The notes beneath the pieces are model-generated. The model had not been told where the DNA came from. It saw nothing but the letters and a program-made list of their open reading frames with translations, and searched no databases. A DNA stretch of 59,673 nucleotides, from the NCBI GenBank assembly GCA_045545815.1, contig JAZQBP010000008.1, positions 1-59,673 on the forward strand. The letters run 5' to 3'. Source of the DNA: Candidatus Nanosyncoccus sp. (GTDB taxonomy: Bacteria > Patescibacteriota > Saccharimonadia > Saccharimonadales > Saccharimonadaceae). Below, one piece after another: positions 17,968 to 26,225 of this stretch (position 1 is its first letter; each line of letters begins with the position of its first letter). The translations under genes and the position numbers were made by a program.

Positions 17968-19127
17968 GCGAGTCGCTAAAAGTCCTTGAATTGTTTGCTG
18001 GAATTGGCGCTTGTTCGAAAGCTCTAGATCGCTTAAAAATACCACATACAATAGTTGATGCCGTCGAGATTGATAAGTATGCGATTAGAAGCTTTAATGC
18101 TATCCACGGTACGAGTTTTGAGCCACAGGATATTACTAAATGGGATAAAGATGTTAGTGCCGATCTTATTATGCATGGATCGCCGTGCCAGGATTTTTCT
18201 GTTGCCGGTAGACAAGCAGGTGGCGATGAAGGCAGTGGCACTCGTTCGAGCTTGATGTATGAAACGCTTCGAATTGTAGACAAACTACATCCTAAATATG
18301 TTATCTGGGAGAATGTCAAGAATCTGCTTTCTAAGAAACATCGACATAATTTCGACGCCTATATTGAATCAATGAAGCGACTTGGATATATTAATTCGTT
18401 CCAAATTCTCAATGCAAAAGACTATGGAATTCCTCAGAACCGTGAGCGTGTATTTACGGTAAGCATCCGTGAGGATATTTGGGATAAAGCGTATAATAAT
18501 TTCAATCAATTTAATTTTCCGAAACCTATAGAGCTAAAAAGAAAGCCCAAAGATATACTTGAAGACGAAGTTGACGAAAAATACTTTATTTCCGAAAACA
18601 TGATGAATTACTTTATGGGCGTGAATCAGAAACCCAGTAAATTTCCACGCAAAGAAAGATTTATAGCGAATATTAATCGTAAAGATCAAGATCGTGCCAA
18701 CTCGATTACTACTGCGCCTGGGCAAAGACCAACGGACAACTTCGTAAAGGTTAATATGAAAACGGTTTTATGCAACAAACTTGTAAAAGAGAGTATTGTA
18801 AAAGGCGGTGAAATAATTAATCACTCATATACTACAAGCAAACAGCGAGATACTCTCGATAAATACATAGAGAGCGACGATGGTATTATGCCTACTATGA
18901 CTACTAGACCTGACTGCTTAGGTTATGCAACTCTCCCTCCAGACGTAAGAATCCGTAAATTAACACCAAAAGAATGTTGGAGGCTGATGGGATTCGATGA
19001 CGCCGACCTGGAAAAAGCACAAGCTTCTGGGGTCTCGAATGCACAGCTCTACAAGCAGGCTGGCAATTCTATCGTGGTTGATGTTCTTGTTGCTATTTTC
19101 GAAGAGTTATTATTGGGGAGAGTTTAG
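17964..19127 (+). CDS. Solitary phage C5-cytosine DNA methyltransferase
   Basis: ELFAGIG, GSPCQDFS, ENV, QNRER, YKQAGNS. Confidence 0.93.
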   Translation: MSESLKVLELFAGIGACSKALDRLKIPHTIVDAVEIDKYAIRSFNAIHGTSFEPQDITKWDKDVSADLIMHGSPCQDFSVAGRQAGGDEGSGTRSSLMYETLRIVDKLHPKYVIWENVKNLLSKKHRHNFDAYIESMKRLGYINSFQILNAKDYGIPQNRERVFTVSIREDIWDKAYNNFNQFNFPKPIELKRKPKDILEDEVDEKYFISENMMNYFMGVNQKPSKFPRKERFIANINRKDQDRANSITTAPGQRPTDNFVKVNMKTVLCNKLVKESIVKGGEIINHSYTTSKQRDTLDKYIESDDGIMPTMTTRPDCLGYATLPPDVRIRKLTPKECWRLMGFDDADLEKAQASGVSNAQLYKQAGNSIVVDVLVAIFEELLLGRV

Positions 19128-19766
19128 GCTTATACCTGTTTTTGTAAAACCGCCATCAAGTGCCTTGTAGAGGTAGCGAGCAACTATGGAAGAGTATGGT
19201 TTCCACTTTTCTGAATCCGCTATTAGCTCTGCTTTATCTCGTGTACCGGACATCCATTCGTAGCCTTGCAAAAAAGCAACATCTTCGACCGGCAAGATAT
19301 TTTGTCTATCAAGAACAAATATAAGATACATTTTTGCAGACCAATCTCCAATGCCCCTAATTTTTTTTAATTCCTTTATTGCATCGTCATCGCTCAAGTT
19401 GTTAATTTTTTTCAAATCGATGCTTCCATCTAGAATACCATCCGTAAAGCTTCTAATATAACCTAACTTCTGGGCAGATACGCCTGCATTTCGTATTTCT
19501 TCGTCAAATAATAAATTAATGTTGTCTGGGCATACATTATCGTTGCATAATGACTCAATGCGTTTGTAAATCGTAGCAGAGGCTTTGTTTGATAACATTT
19601 GACCAATAAATGTTGAAATAAAAAAAATATAATCATCCGAATAAAGCGAATACTCTATATCTCCGATTTTTCGACATATTAAGTCAAATCTTTTGTCTTT
19701 TTTCCGGATATGATCCACTCTTTTGTCGTTTATAGACAATAATTTATGACCGTTTCTCAGACTCAT
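19110..19766 (-). CDS. AlkA-family (HhH-GPD) DNA-3-methyladenine glycosylase
   Basis: IGQMLS, LKKIRGIGDWSAKMYLIF HhH motif, LPVED, WKPYSS. Confidence 0.88.
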   Translation of the reverse strand: MSLRNGHKLLSINDKRVDHIRKKDKRFDLICRKIGDIEYSLYSDDYIFFISTFIGQMLSNKASATIYKRIESLCNDNVCPDNINLLFDEEIRNAGVSAQKLGYIRSFTDGILDGSIDLKKINNLSDDDAIKELKKIRGIGDWSAKMYLIFVLDRQNILPVEDVAFLQGYEWMSGTRDKAELIADSEKWKPYSSIVARYLYKALDGGFTKTGISLNSPQ

Positions 19767-20506
19767 ATTTTTAACTCTGATATTTTATGCATCGACCCTG
19801 ATTGTATGTAATAATTGTCGGCATCCATGGGTGTTGTGCCGTTCAACATATCACCCTTGCGAATTATATGATTATTTCGAATTATCTCTATTAACTCATC
19901 GTTAGTTACAAATCCGGCTATATCATATTTCCAGTCTTGTCCTAATAATATCTCCTCTAGCCTTGCTTTTTCTATTGTATCTGTATATAGGAGTCGGCTT
20001 TTTCTTAATATGTCTTCGCAATACGGATCCATCCTGATCAAAAATGTAAAATCGTATGATTTATCATTCGGTAAATATCTTCCGTTGTTATCCCAGTCTT
20101 TCGTTTCTAGCAGAAGCAGGTTTCCGAAAGCCTTTGTTGACTTAATTGAGATAGACTTTCCTTTTACTTCAATGTCGACATCATCCCATTTTCCTAACTC
20201 ATATACGCTAAAGTCTGGATAGGATGGTTCATAGCCAATTCTGACTAATTCGTTGTAGAGTGCGCACTCTGCAAGCTTGCCTTGAAATGTGTTTGCAAAA
20301 ATCTCACCATTGCGCCTAATATGAGTTCCGCCACTTCGATGATTTCTATGCTCGCCAGATCCAGCAAAAGTCATATTGTAAGAGAAATCCAAAACCTTAA
20401 TAATTGTGGCTTGTTTTAGGTTGCCAATCGGAGAAAAAGGTCTTTTCGAATTTATAAATAGCCCGTTGGCTTTTCTGTCCATTTCCAAGAATAAATCAGT
20501 TGCCAT
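19763..20506 (-). CDS. Putative PD-(D/E)xK endonuclease
   Basis: GKLAE...WDDVDI...SIKS pattern; cotranscribed with R-M genes. Confidence 0.55.
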   Translation of the reverse strand: MATDLFLEMDRKANGLFINSKRPFSPIGNLKQATIIKVLDFSYNMTFAGSGEHRNHRSGGTHIRRNGEIFANTFQGKLAECALYNELVRIGYEPSYPDFSVYELGKWDDVDIEVKGKSISIKSTKAFGNLLLLETKDWDNNGRYLPNDKSYDFTFLIRMDPYCEDILRKSRLLYTDTIEKARLEEILLGQDWKYDIAGFVTNDELIEIIRNNHIIRKGDMLNGTTPMDADNYYIQSGSMHKISELKI

Positions 20507-20524
20507 GGGTCAAGTATCCTTAAA

Positions 20525-21076
20525 TTAGACTAAATGTATCGTCTTGTCTGGCGTATAGCCATTTTTTTCAATGATTTCTTTTTTGATCGAAAAACGAGGA
20601 CGGCGTCCTTGCCTTTGTTGATCCGCAAAGGTTTCATTTTTGCTAGCACACAAAACTATATTGCGCACGTCTTCTTTAATTTCATAAATATCAACTTGAC
20701 CATCTACTGTGCCGTTTGGGCAAAAATCCATAAAGAAGAGTTTATCCCATGTTGAATGAGGCCCAAATGAAGTGAGGTCATTAACAATGGATGTAGATTT
20801 CACCTGAACGCCAGATCCATCCGCAACATCGACTGCATCATAAGAGCCAGCACCAGCTTCATTTCCGTTGGTGCGAATAGCATCATAACAATAACAATAA
20901 AGAGCCTCAGACACTACATCTGGAACATTCAGTGTTCTGCCATTAAGTGCCTTGAGGTCTTTATTGATTGCTAGCCATTTTTGAAAGATGTTTTTTATTT
21001 TTTCGAAATCGGTCTCATCAAAGTAATCACCGATTGCGGTTGCACCTGATTTGAGTTTTACTTCTAGTTTTCTCAT
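20525..21076 (-). CDS. Bsp6I-family type II restriction endonuclease
   Basis: RTLNVPDVVSE, YDA..QVKS, DLTSFGP, DQQRQGRRPRFSI recalled as the Bsp6I family; adjacent C5 MTase. Confidence 0.8.
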   Translation of the reverse strand: MRKLEVKLKSGATAIGDYFDETDFEKIKNIFQKWLAINKDLKALNGRTLNVPDVVSEALYCYCYDAIRTNGNEAGAGSYDAVDVADGSGVQVKSTSIVNDLTSFGPHSTWDKLFFMDFCPNGTVDGQVDIYEIKEDVRNIVLCASKNETFADQQRQGRRPRFSIKKEIIEKNGYTPDKTIHLV

Positions 21077-21143
21077 AATACATCTGCCTTATATTATGAA
21101 GTCAATTATACCAGCAGATGCATATTTTGAACAGGTCTGACAG

Positions 21144-22091
21144 CTAGGAGTCGAGAGCCTTTTTAATGTTTTTGGCAATCCTTGCAATTACCGGCACTGA
21201 GACTGAGTTGCCAGCTTGCTTGTATAGTGCAGCATCCGAAATCTTCGGAAGCTGATAGTCCTTAGGAAAGCCCTGGACACTAAAGCACTCTCTTGGAGTA
21301 AGTTTGCGAATCCCTTTACCATCAAATATGATCGGAACATTATGTCCGCCAGTACCCATGTTGGCTGTCAGCGTAGGGCATACGCCACTCTTATTACGGC
21401 GAACATACTGTCTGCGCCATTGATATACTTCACCTTGCTCTGTAATTTCGTCCTTAATTCTGTCGTAAAGTGGCTTACCGTTATAATAGTATTTTTCTGG
21501 GATTTCGCCGGTTTCGAGAATATCCGTTATGTTTACGGTTCTTTCAATAGGTTTTGGAAATTCGAACTTGTCTAGCTTTTCTTTATCTTTGAAGCCGACA
21601 ATATAGATACGCTCACGATTCTGCGGAACATTGCCATATTCCATAGAGTTTAGAACTTCAGCTTTGATATGATAACCGAGGTTTTCGAGTGTCTCTTTAA
21701 TTACTTTGAAAGTATTACCACCGTCATGGCTCTTGAGGTTCTTAACATTCTCAAGCATAAAGCCAACAGGTTGCTTTTCTTTGATAATTCTAGCTACATC
21801 TAAGAATAGGTTTCCTCTACCTTTCTCATCATCAAAGCCTTTACGATAACCGGCGATCGAGAAAGCCTGACAAGGAAAGCCACCAACCACAAAGTCACAA
21901 TCAGGAATGTCCTTCTCGTTTACTTTAGTTATATCTGCTACTGTTAGGGCATCTTTGCCAAAGTTTAGGTCGTATGTATTGGCGCACTTTGGCTCGAAAT
22001 CGTTCGCCCAAACAGTCTTGAATCCTGCTTGTTCGAAGCCGAGTCTGATGCCACCAACACCTGCGAACAGGTCTATGGTTCTTATGGGCAT
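21144..22091 (-). CDS. Cognate C5-cytosine methyltransferase of the R-M system
   Basis: DLFAGVGG, GFPCQAFS, ENV, QNRER, YKQAGNS. Confidence 0.93.
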   Translation of the reverse strand: MPIRTIDLFAGVGGIRLGFEQAGFKTVWANDFEPKCANTYDLNFGKDALTVADITKVNEKDIPDCDFVVGGFPCQAFSIAGYRKGFDDEKGRGNLFLDVARIIKEKQPVGFMLENVKNLKSHDGGNTFKVIKETLENLGYHIKAEVLNSMEYGNVPQNRERIYIVGFKDKEKLDKFEFPKPIERTVNITDILETGEIPEKYYYNGKPLYDRIKDEITEQGEVYQWRRQYVRRNKSGVCPTLTANMGTGGHNVPIIFDGKGIRKLTPRECFSVQGFPKDYQLPKISDAALYKQAGNSVSVPVIARIAKNIKKALDS

Positions 22092-22363
22092 TTTGTATTA
22101 CTCCACTTAGTTAATAGTACCTACTATTATACCACCAAAATCATACTTATGCTTGCCGGAATAATTCATTAAGCCGTATTTTATATCAATAAACAACGAA
22201 AGGAGAATAGTATATGATATATCCACTAGAAATAATTAGAAAACATATCATTATGCATCGCCTTAATAAGCGATATAAACTTAAACAATAACGCGGTATA
22301 ATATAAGTAGGCTATCAGTTTGAGGCAATCTGGTTAAATAGCCTCCTTAGTTTATGCTTATTA

Positions 22364-22419
22364 TGATATAATATAATTAATATCAATAGCGTCTAGAACT
22401 ATGTTCTGGGCGTTTTTTG
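22364..22419 (+). promoter_or_regulatory. Late promoter-terminator leader, copy 1 (lysis/distal tail unit)
   Basis: TGATATAATATAA..TCAATAGCG-stem-GGCGTTTTTTG, repeated at 39466-39520 and 45519-45573. Confidence 0.8.
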
Positions 22420-22436
22420 TTGTTAAAGGAATCACG

Positions 22437-22763
22437 ATGAATGAACAGATCCTAAATGCAATCCATAGTCTAGTTACAGCCCTTATTCCGGCGATTGTAA
22501 CTATTGTCACCTATGTTTGTCAGTCTAGTCAAGCAAAAAGGCATGCCGCTAAACAATCAATATTGCAGATGATTATGGAAGACCAATTAAATTGGGAACT
22601 ATTTCATAAGTTTCCTACTAATTGGGGTGATATTCAAAATGAGTATGCCATCTATCACAAGAACGGTGGCAATGGAGAGGTTACCAAGCGTGTCAATGAT
22701 TATAACGATTGGTATCTAGGTGTCGAGAAAAGCCTAGTCAATTCTAAAGGAGGTAAGCAATGA
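22437..22763 (+). CDS. Membrane-anchored lysis-cassette protein
   Basis: N-terminal hydrophobic helix, YHKNGGNG motif seen in phage holin-adjacent proteins. Confidence 0.6.
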   Translation: MNEQILNAIHSLVTALIPAIVTIVTYVCQSSQAKRHAAKQSILQMIMEDQLNWELFHKFPTNWGDIQNEYAIYHKNGGNGEVTKRVNDYNDWYLGVEKSLVNSKGGKQ

Positions 22764-22984
22764 AACTCAGCAAGAAGACGACAAGACAATTATCAATAGC
22801 CGTAGGTTTACTATCTTTTGCGGCATTTATTGTGCAAGGACTCGGATCAACATGGGGATTTGAGGAAGTGGCTAAACAAATTACGCAGACAGCTCTCCTC
22901 TTCTCTGGTGGTATTAATATTTACTTCTTGGGTGTGACGAACCAAAAGAATAATCAGGACAAGGAGAAATCGAATGATAAATAA
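22760..22984 (+). CDS. Putative holin
   Basis: 74 aa, two hydrophobic segments, charged tail, directly upstream of the lysin. Confidence 0.65.
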   Translation: MKLSKKTTRQLSIAVGLLSFAAFIVQGLGSTWGFEEVAKQITQTALLFSGGINIYFLGVTNQKNNQDKEKSNDK

Positions 22985-23888
22985 GATCGAGAAATGGTTT
23001 AGCAATCACATCGCATTCTTTGTTGTTCTTGGTGTAGTGCTATTGTGTACTGCATTTATTCTTTGTGGCTCTGTAGCTGAAAATGGAAGCATCACGCTAG
23101 ATGGCAAAAATGCCATGATCGAGAAATACACCGATGATTTCATCAAAGATGCAAATACTCGTCTTGAAGAGATGATGAACTATGAGCCTGCAACGGACGA
23201 AGAAACCATCAAGGCAAACGACCAAGAAGAAGTCGGTCTTGGTTTTTCGACTTCTATTGACCAAATTATCGCTCGCAGATTACCGGATGGCGATAACGAT
23301 AGTGGTAAAGGATGGCAATGTTCGAAATATACAGCATACCTTGCGACAGGTCGTAGGGAGTATTCGACCGCTCACCCAGATTATGGTCCTGTAAATGGAA
23401 AAGACATTGCATCGTGGCTTGTTAGGAACTATGGTTTCAAATATATCGACCAGCCAGTCAAAGGCGCTATTGGCTCAGGTGGATTTAATACTCAATATGG
23501 TCACACTGTGATGTATCTATATGCCACTGGCACGAATACTGCTATGGTAAACGATGCGAATTACTCTCCACTTAAGGTAGCAACTCACAATATGAATATA
23601 AGTGGTTACAAATGGGTGGTTCCTGGTGATTACACGCCACAGCCGACTCCAGAACCTACACCAGAACCAGTAGCCTCTTGTGATGTTATCAATGTTGTTA
23701 AAGGCGATACTTTAGGTGCAATTATGAAAAAGTGTGAAGGTTATGTTCAGTATGGCGTAGCAATGGATGAATATGCAAAGACTTGGTACTCGACAAAAGT
23801 TAAGCCAGGTCAATCGGTCTACGATGGATGGCATTCAAATACAGGTGTTGGGCTTTATGCTGGAGACACAATCGAAAGGCGAAAATAA
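22974..23888 (+). CDS. CHAP-domain endolysin with N-terminal membrane segment and LysM-like C-terminus
   Basis: WQCSKY (Cys), YGHT (His), DANY; PTPEPTPEP linker; VVKGDTLGAI. Confidence 0.8.
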   Translation: MINKIEKWFSNHIAFFVVLGVVLLCTAFILCGSVAENGSITLDGKNAMIEKYTDDFIKDANTRLEEMMNYEPATDEETIKANDQEEVGLGFSTSIDQIIARRLPDGDNDSGKGWQCSKYTAYLATGRREYSTAHPDYGPVNGKDIASWLVRNYGFKYIDQPVKGAIGSGGFNTQYGHTVMYLYATGTNTAMVNDANYSPLKVATHNMNISGYKWVVPGDYTPQPTPEPTPEPVASCDVINVVKGDTLGAIMKKCEGYVQYGVAMDEYAKTWYSTKVKPGQSVYDGWHSNTGVGLYAGDTIERRK

Positions 23889-24259
23889 TGGCTTATTCTG
23901 GCGACTTATTGAAGATTAACGGCAATACGATCCATGGGCTTTCTTGCTATAAAATCGGATACAACAAACTATGGAAAGATGCTGACCGTAACATGAATGG
24001 CGATGTTCGTGCCACACTCATTGGTATTTTCCCTAAAATTGAGCTAACTTTCCGTGATGCTTTGACCGAAAATGAAATTAGTCAAATTATAGCTTTGTTA
24101 GATTTACCTTATTTCGATGTTACTTATTTTTCTCCAAAAGTTAAGAATACAGTAACTGCTAGATATTATGCTGGAGACTACGAACCAGAACTTCTCGATA
24201 AATCCAGAGGCCTATACAAAACTTTTACGGTCTCGTTAGTGCCTGTGAGCAAGTTGTGA
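23888..24259 (+). CDS. Putative distal tail protein
   Basis: LKING...LWKDADRNMNGDV...YFSP...FTVSLV pattern of siphophage distal tail proteins. Confidence 0.65.
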   Translation: MAYSGDLLKINGNTIHGLSCYKIGYNKLWKDADRNMNGDVRATLIGIFPKIELTFRDALTENEISQIIALLDLPYFDVTYFSPKVKNTVTARYYAGDYEPELLDKSRGLYKTFTVSLVPVSKL

Positions 24260-24268
24260 GGTGGCTGA

Positions 24269-26224
24269 ATGATTGAAGTATCAGGAACATTCAAACAAGC
24301 CATGAGAGAACCTGTTAAGGTGATCAAAGCCATCATTACAGGCGAAGTTGAGTCTTATTCGTCATCCGACACCCTTATGTCTTTTACGGTCGAGTCTGCT
24401 GGGTATTATTTTCGATCTGCGACCAAAGCATTGTCATTTAAGCTACTCGGCAACGACTATAACCTTATAGGAGAGACAGTCGGTGTCACATTGAGTGTTT
24501 GTGCTAATAGCGCTCAAGATTTGTGGGAAGACTGTTATCTTGGGAGCTTCAAAATCTACGAGCAGAAATCTGATATCGAAAAAGGGTTCACCACATTCAC
24601 GGCTTACGACAAGATTGGTCAGATGGCGACTCAAAAATATGACTCAAATATCACCTTTCCTACTACTGTTGAGAACCTTGTTATTCAAATAGCCGCAAAG
24701 TTTAATCTTGTCTATGAGACGCATTCTTTAGTTAATGGTAATTATTTAATATCTGAGGACTTGTATGCACGAATTAATGATATTACTTATCGTGATATTC
24801 TCTCTGAGATAGCCGGTGCTACTGCTTCTCTTATTGTTGTTGATGGCGTAACTGATACCCTGAGAATTGTTGCACCGCCGTTAGAATCATCTGAAACGCT
24901 TACATATGATAACCTTAAAAAATACTCGATTAAGCCTAAATATGGTCCTGTTAATAGTGTTGTTTTGGCTAGAACACCTCAGGAGGATAACATTGCCGTT
25001 GTCGACAATGAAAGTGTCGAATTGTATGGATTGACCGAATTGAAGCTTGCGAACAATGAGATTCTTGATGATGATAGGGAGTTACTTGCACATCCAATAC
25101 TCGACGCAGTTGATGGTTTTGAATGGTATCCTTTCGAAGCAGATACGGAAGGTCATGGCTGGTATGAAGTTGGCGATATGATTACCGTGACTGATGGTAA
25201 TAATTCTTGGGATGTGATTATTACAGACATAAAGCTAAGCGTTGATGGTGGCATTAAAGAAACAATCAAGGGCGTAATGCCGACAGAAACTCAGACAGAT
25301 TACGCACTAGCCGGTGGTATTACTAAGACCATCTATAACACTCAAATTAAAGTCGACAAGCAAAATCAAGAGATTCAATCGATAGTCCAAGAGATGACAT
25401 CTCTCGAAGGGCAAGTAAATGATAACTATACGGAAATTCATCAGACTATTAATAATGTCGTTACATCGGTTCAAAATTCTGGTGGTAATAATCTTATTAA
25501 GAACTCGGCGATGTATTCGATAAACTCTGATACTCAATTGCCTGACAGTTGGAGTTTTTCTAGTGGTGGAGATTTGATTGTCCAACCATCAGCCGAGGCT
25601 ACGGTGTATGGTTCTTTGTCTGGACAAGCCATTTCATTAATTGGCAAGAAGGCGATTCAAAATATCGCAGTTAGCGCAGACGATGCCTCCATCCCAGAGA
25701 GTTCTAAGATCTATTATTCTTTCTCTTGTCGTATTAAGAAAACTGCAACAGGCACTTGCTATGTAAAAATCACGGATGGCACTGAGCATGGTGTATGGTC
25801 GATAGATCTCGATAACGGTGATTCATCAACTTGGGAAGATTATAGTATTGAGAGCATTTTGCCTATGTCGACTCAGTTGACAATTGAAGTGTTTGGCTCA
25901 TCCGATTCCGAATTTTCGATCACCGACATGATGTTGGCTGTCGGCAATTATCGTTCTAACTGGTCTCAAGCTAATGGTGAATTCGCAAATACGCAAGTAG
26001 CTATTGATACGACAGGCGTAAAGATTACAAACTCAAACCTCCACGGATCATATAGCAAGTTAGATTCGCAAGGTTTGATTATATTCGACAGTAATTCTGA
26101 GAGTAGTTTCATTAACAATGATGGTGTTCATACAAAAAGTATTTCTGCAGAAAATGAAATAGATATGCCACCACTAAAAATAGTGCCACAATCTGATGGC
26201 TGGGCGTTCGTGCCAAAGGAGTAA
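24269..26224 (+). CDS. Tail/baseplate hub protein
   Basis: 651 aa with EVGDMITV, coiled coil, GGNNLIKNS; between distal tail and fibre genes. Confidence 0.7.
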   Translation: MIEVSGTFKQAMREPVKVIKAIITGEVESYSSSDTLMSFTVESAGYYFRSATKALSFKLLGNDYNLIGETVGVTLSVCANSAQDLWEDCYLGSFKIYEQKSDIEKGFTTFTAYDKIGQMATQKYDSNITFPTTVENLVIQIAAKFNLVYETHSLVNGNYLISEDLYARINDITYRDILSEIAGATASLIVVDGVTDTLRIVAPPLESSETLTYDNLKKYSIKPKYGPVNSVVLARTPQEDNIAVVDNESVELYGLTELKLANNEILDDDRELLAHPILDAVDGFEWYPFEADTEGHGWYEVGDMITVTDGNNSWDVIITDIKLSVDGGIKETIKGVMPTETQTDYALAGGITKTIYNTQIKVDKQNQEIQSIVQEMTSLEGQVNDNYTEIHQTINNVVTSVQNSGGNNLIKNSAMYSINSDTQLPDSWSFSSGGDLIVQPSAEATVYGSLSGQAISLIGKKAIQNIAVSADDASIPESSKIYYSFSCRIKKTATGTCYVKITDGTEHGVWSIDLDNGDSSTWEDYSIESILPMSTQLTIEVFGSSDSEFSITDMMLAVGNYRSNWSQANGEFANTQVAIDTTGVKITNSNLHGSYSKLDSQGLIIFDSNSESSFINNDGVHTKSISAENEIDMPPLKIVPQSDGWAFVPKE

Positions 26225-26225
26225 A

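Noticed and set aside
22215-22350. 25-aa ORF with RBS followed by a promoter and small hairpin (type I toxin-antitoxin?)
   Set aside because: Peptide is not hydrophobic and the hairpin RNA shows no convincing complementarity to it
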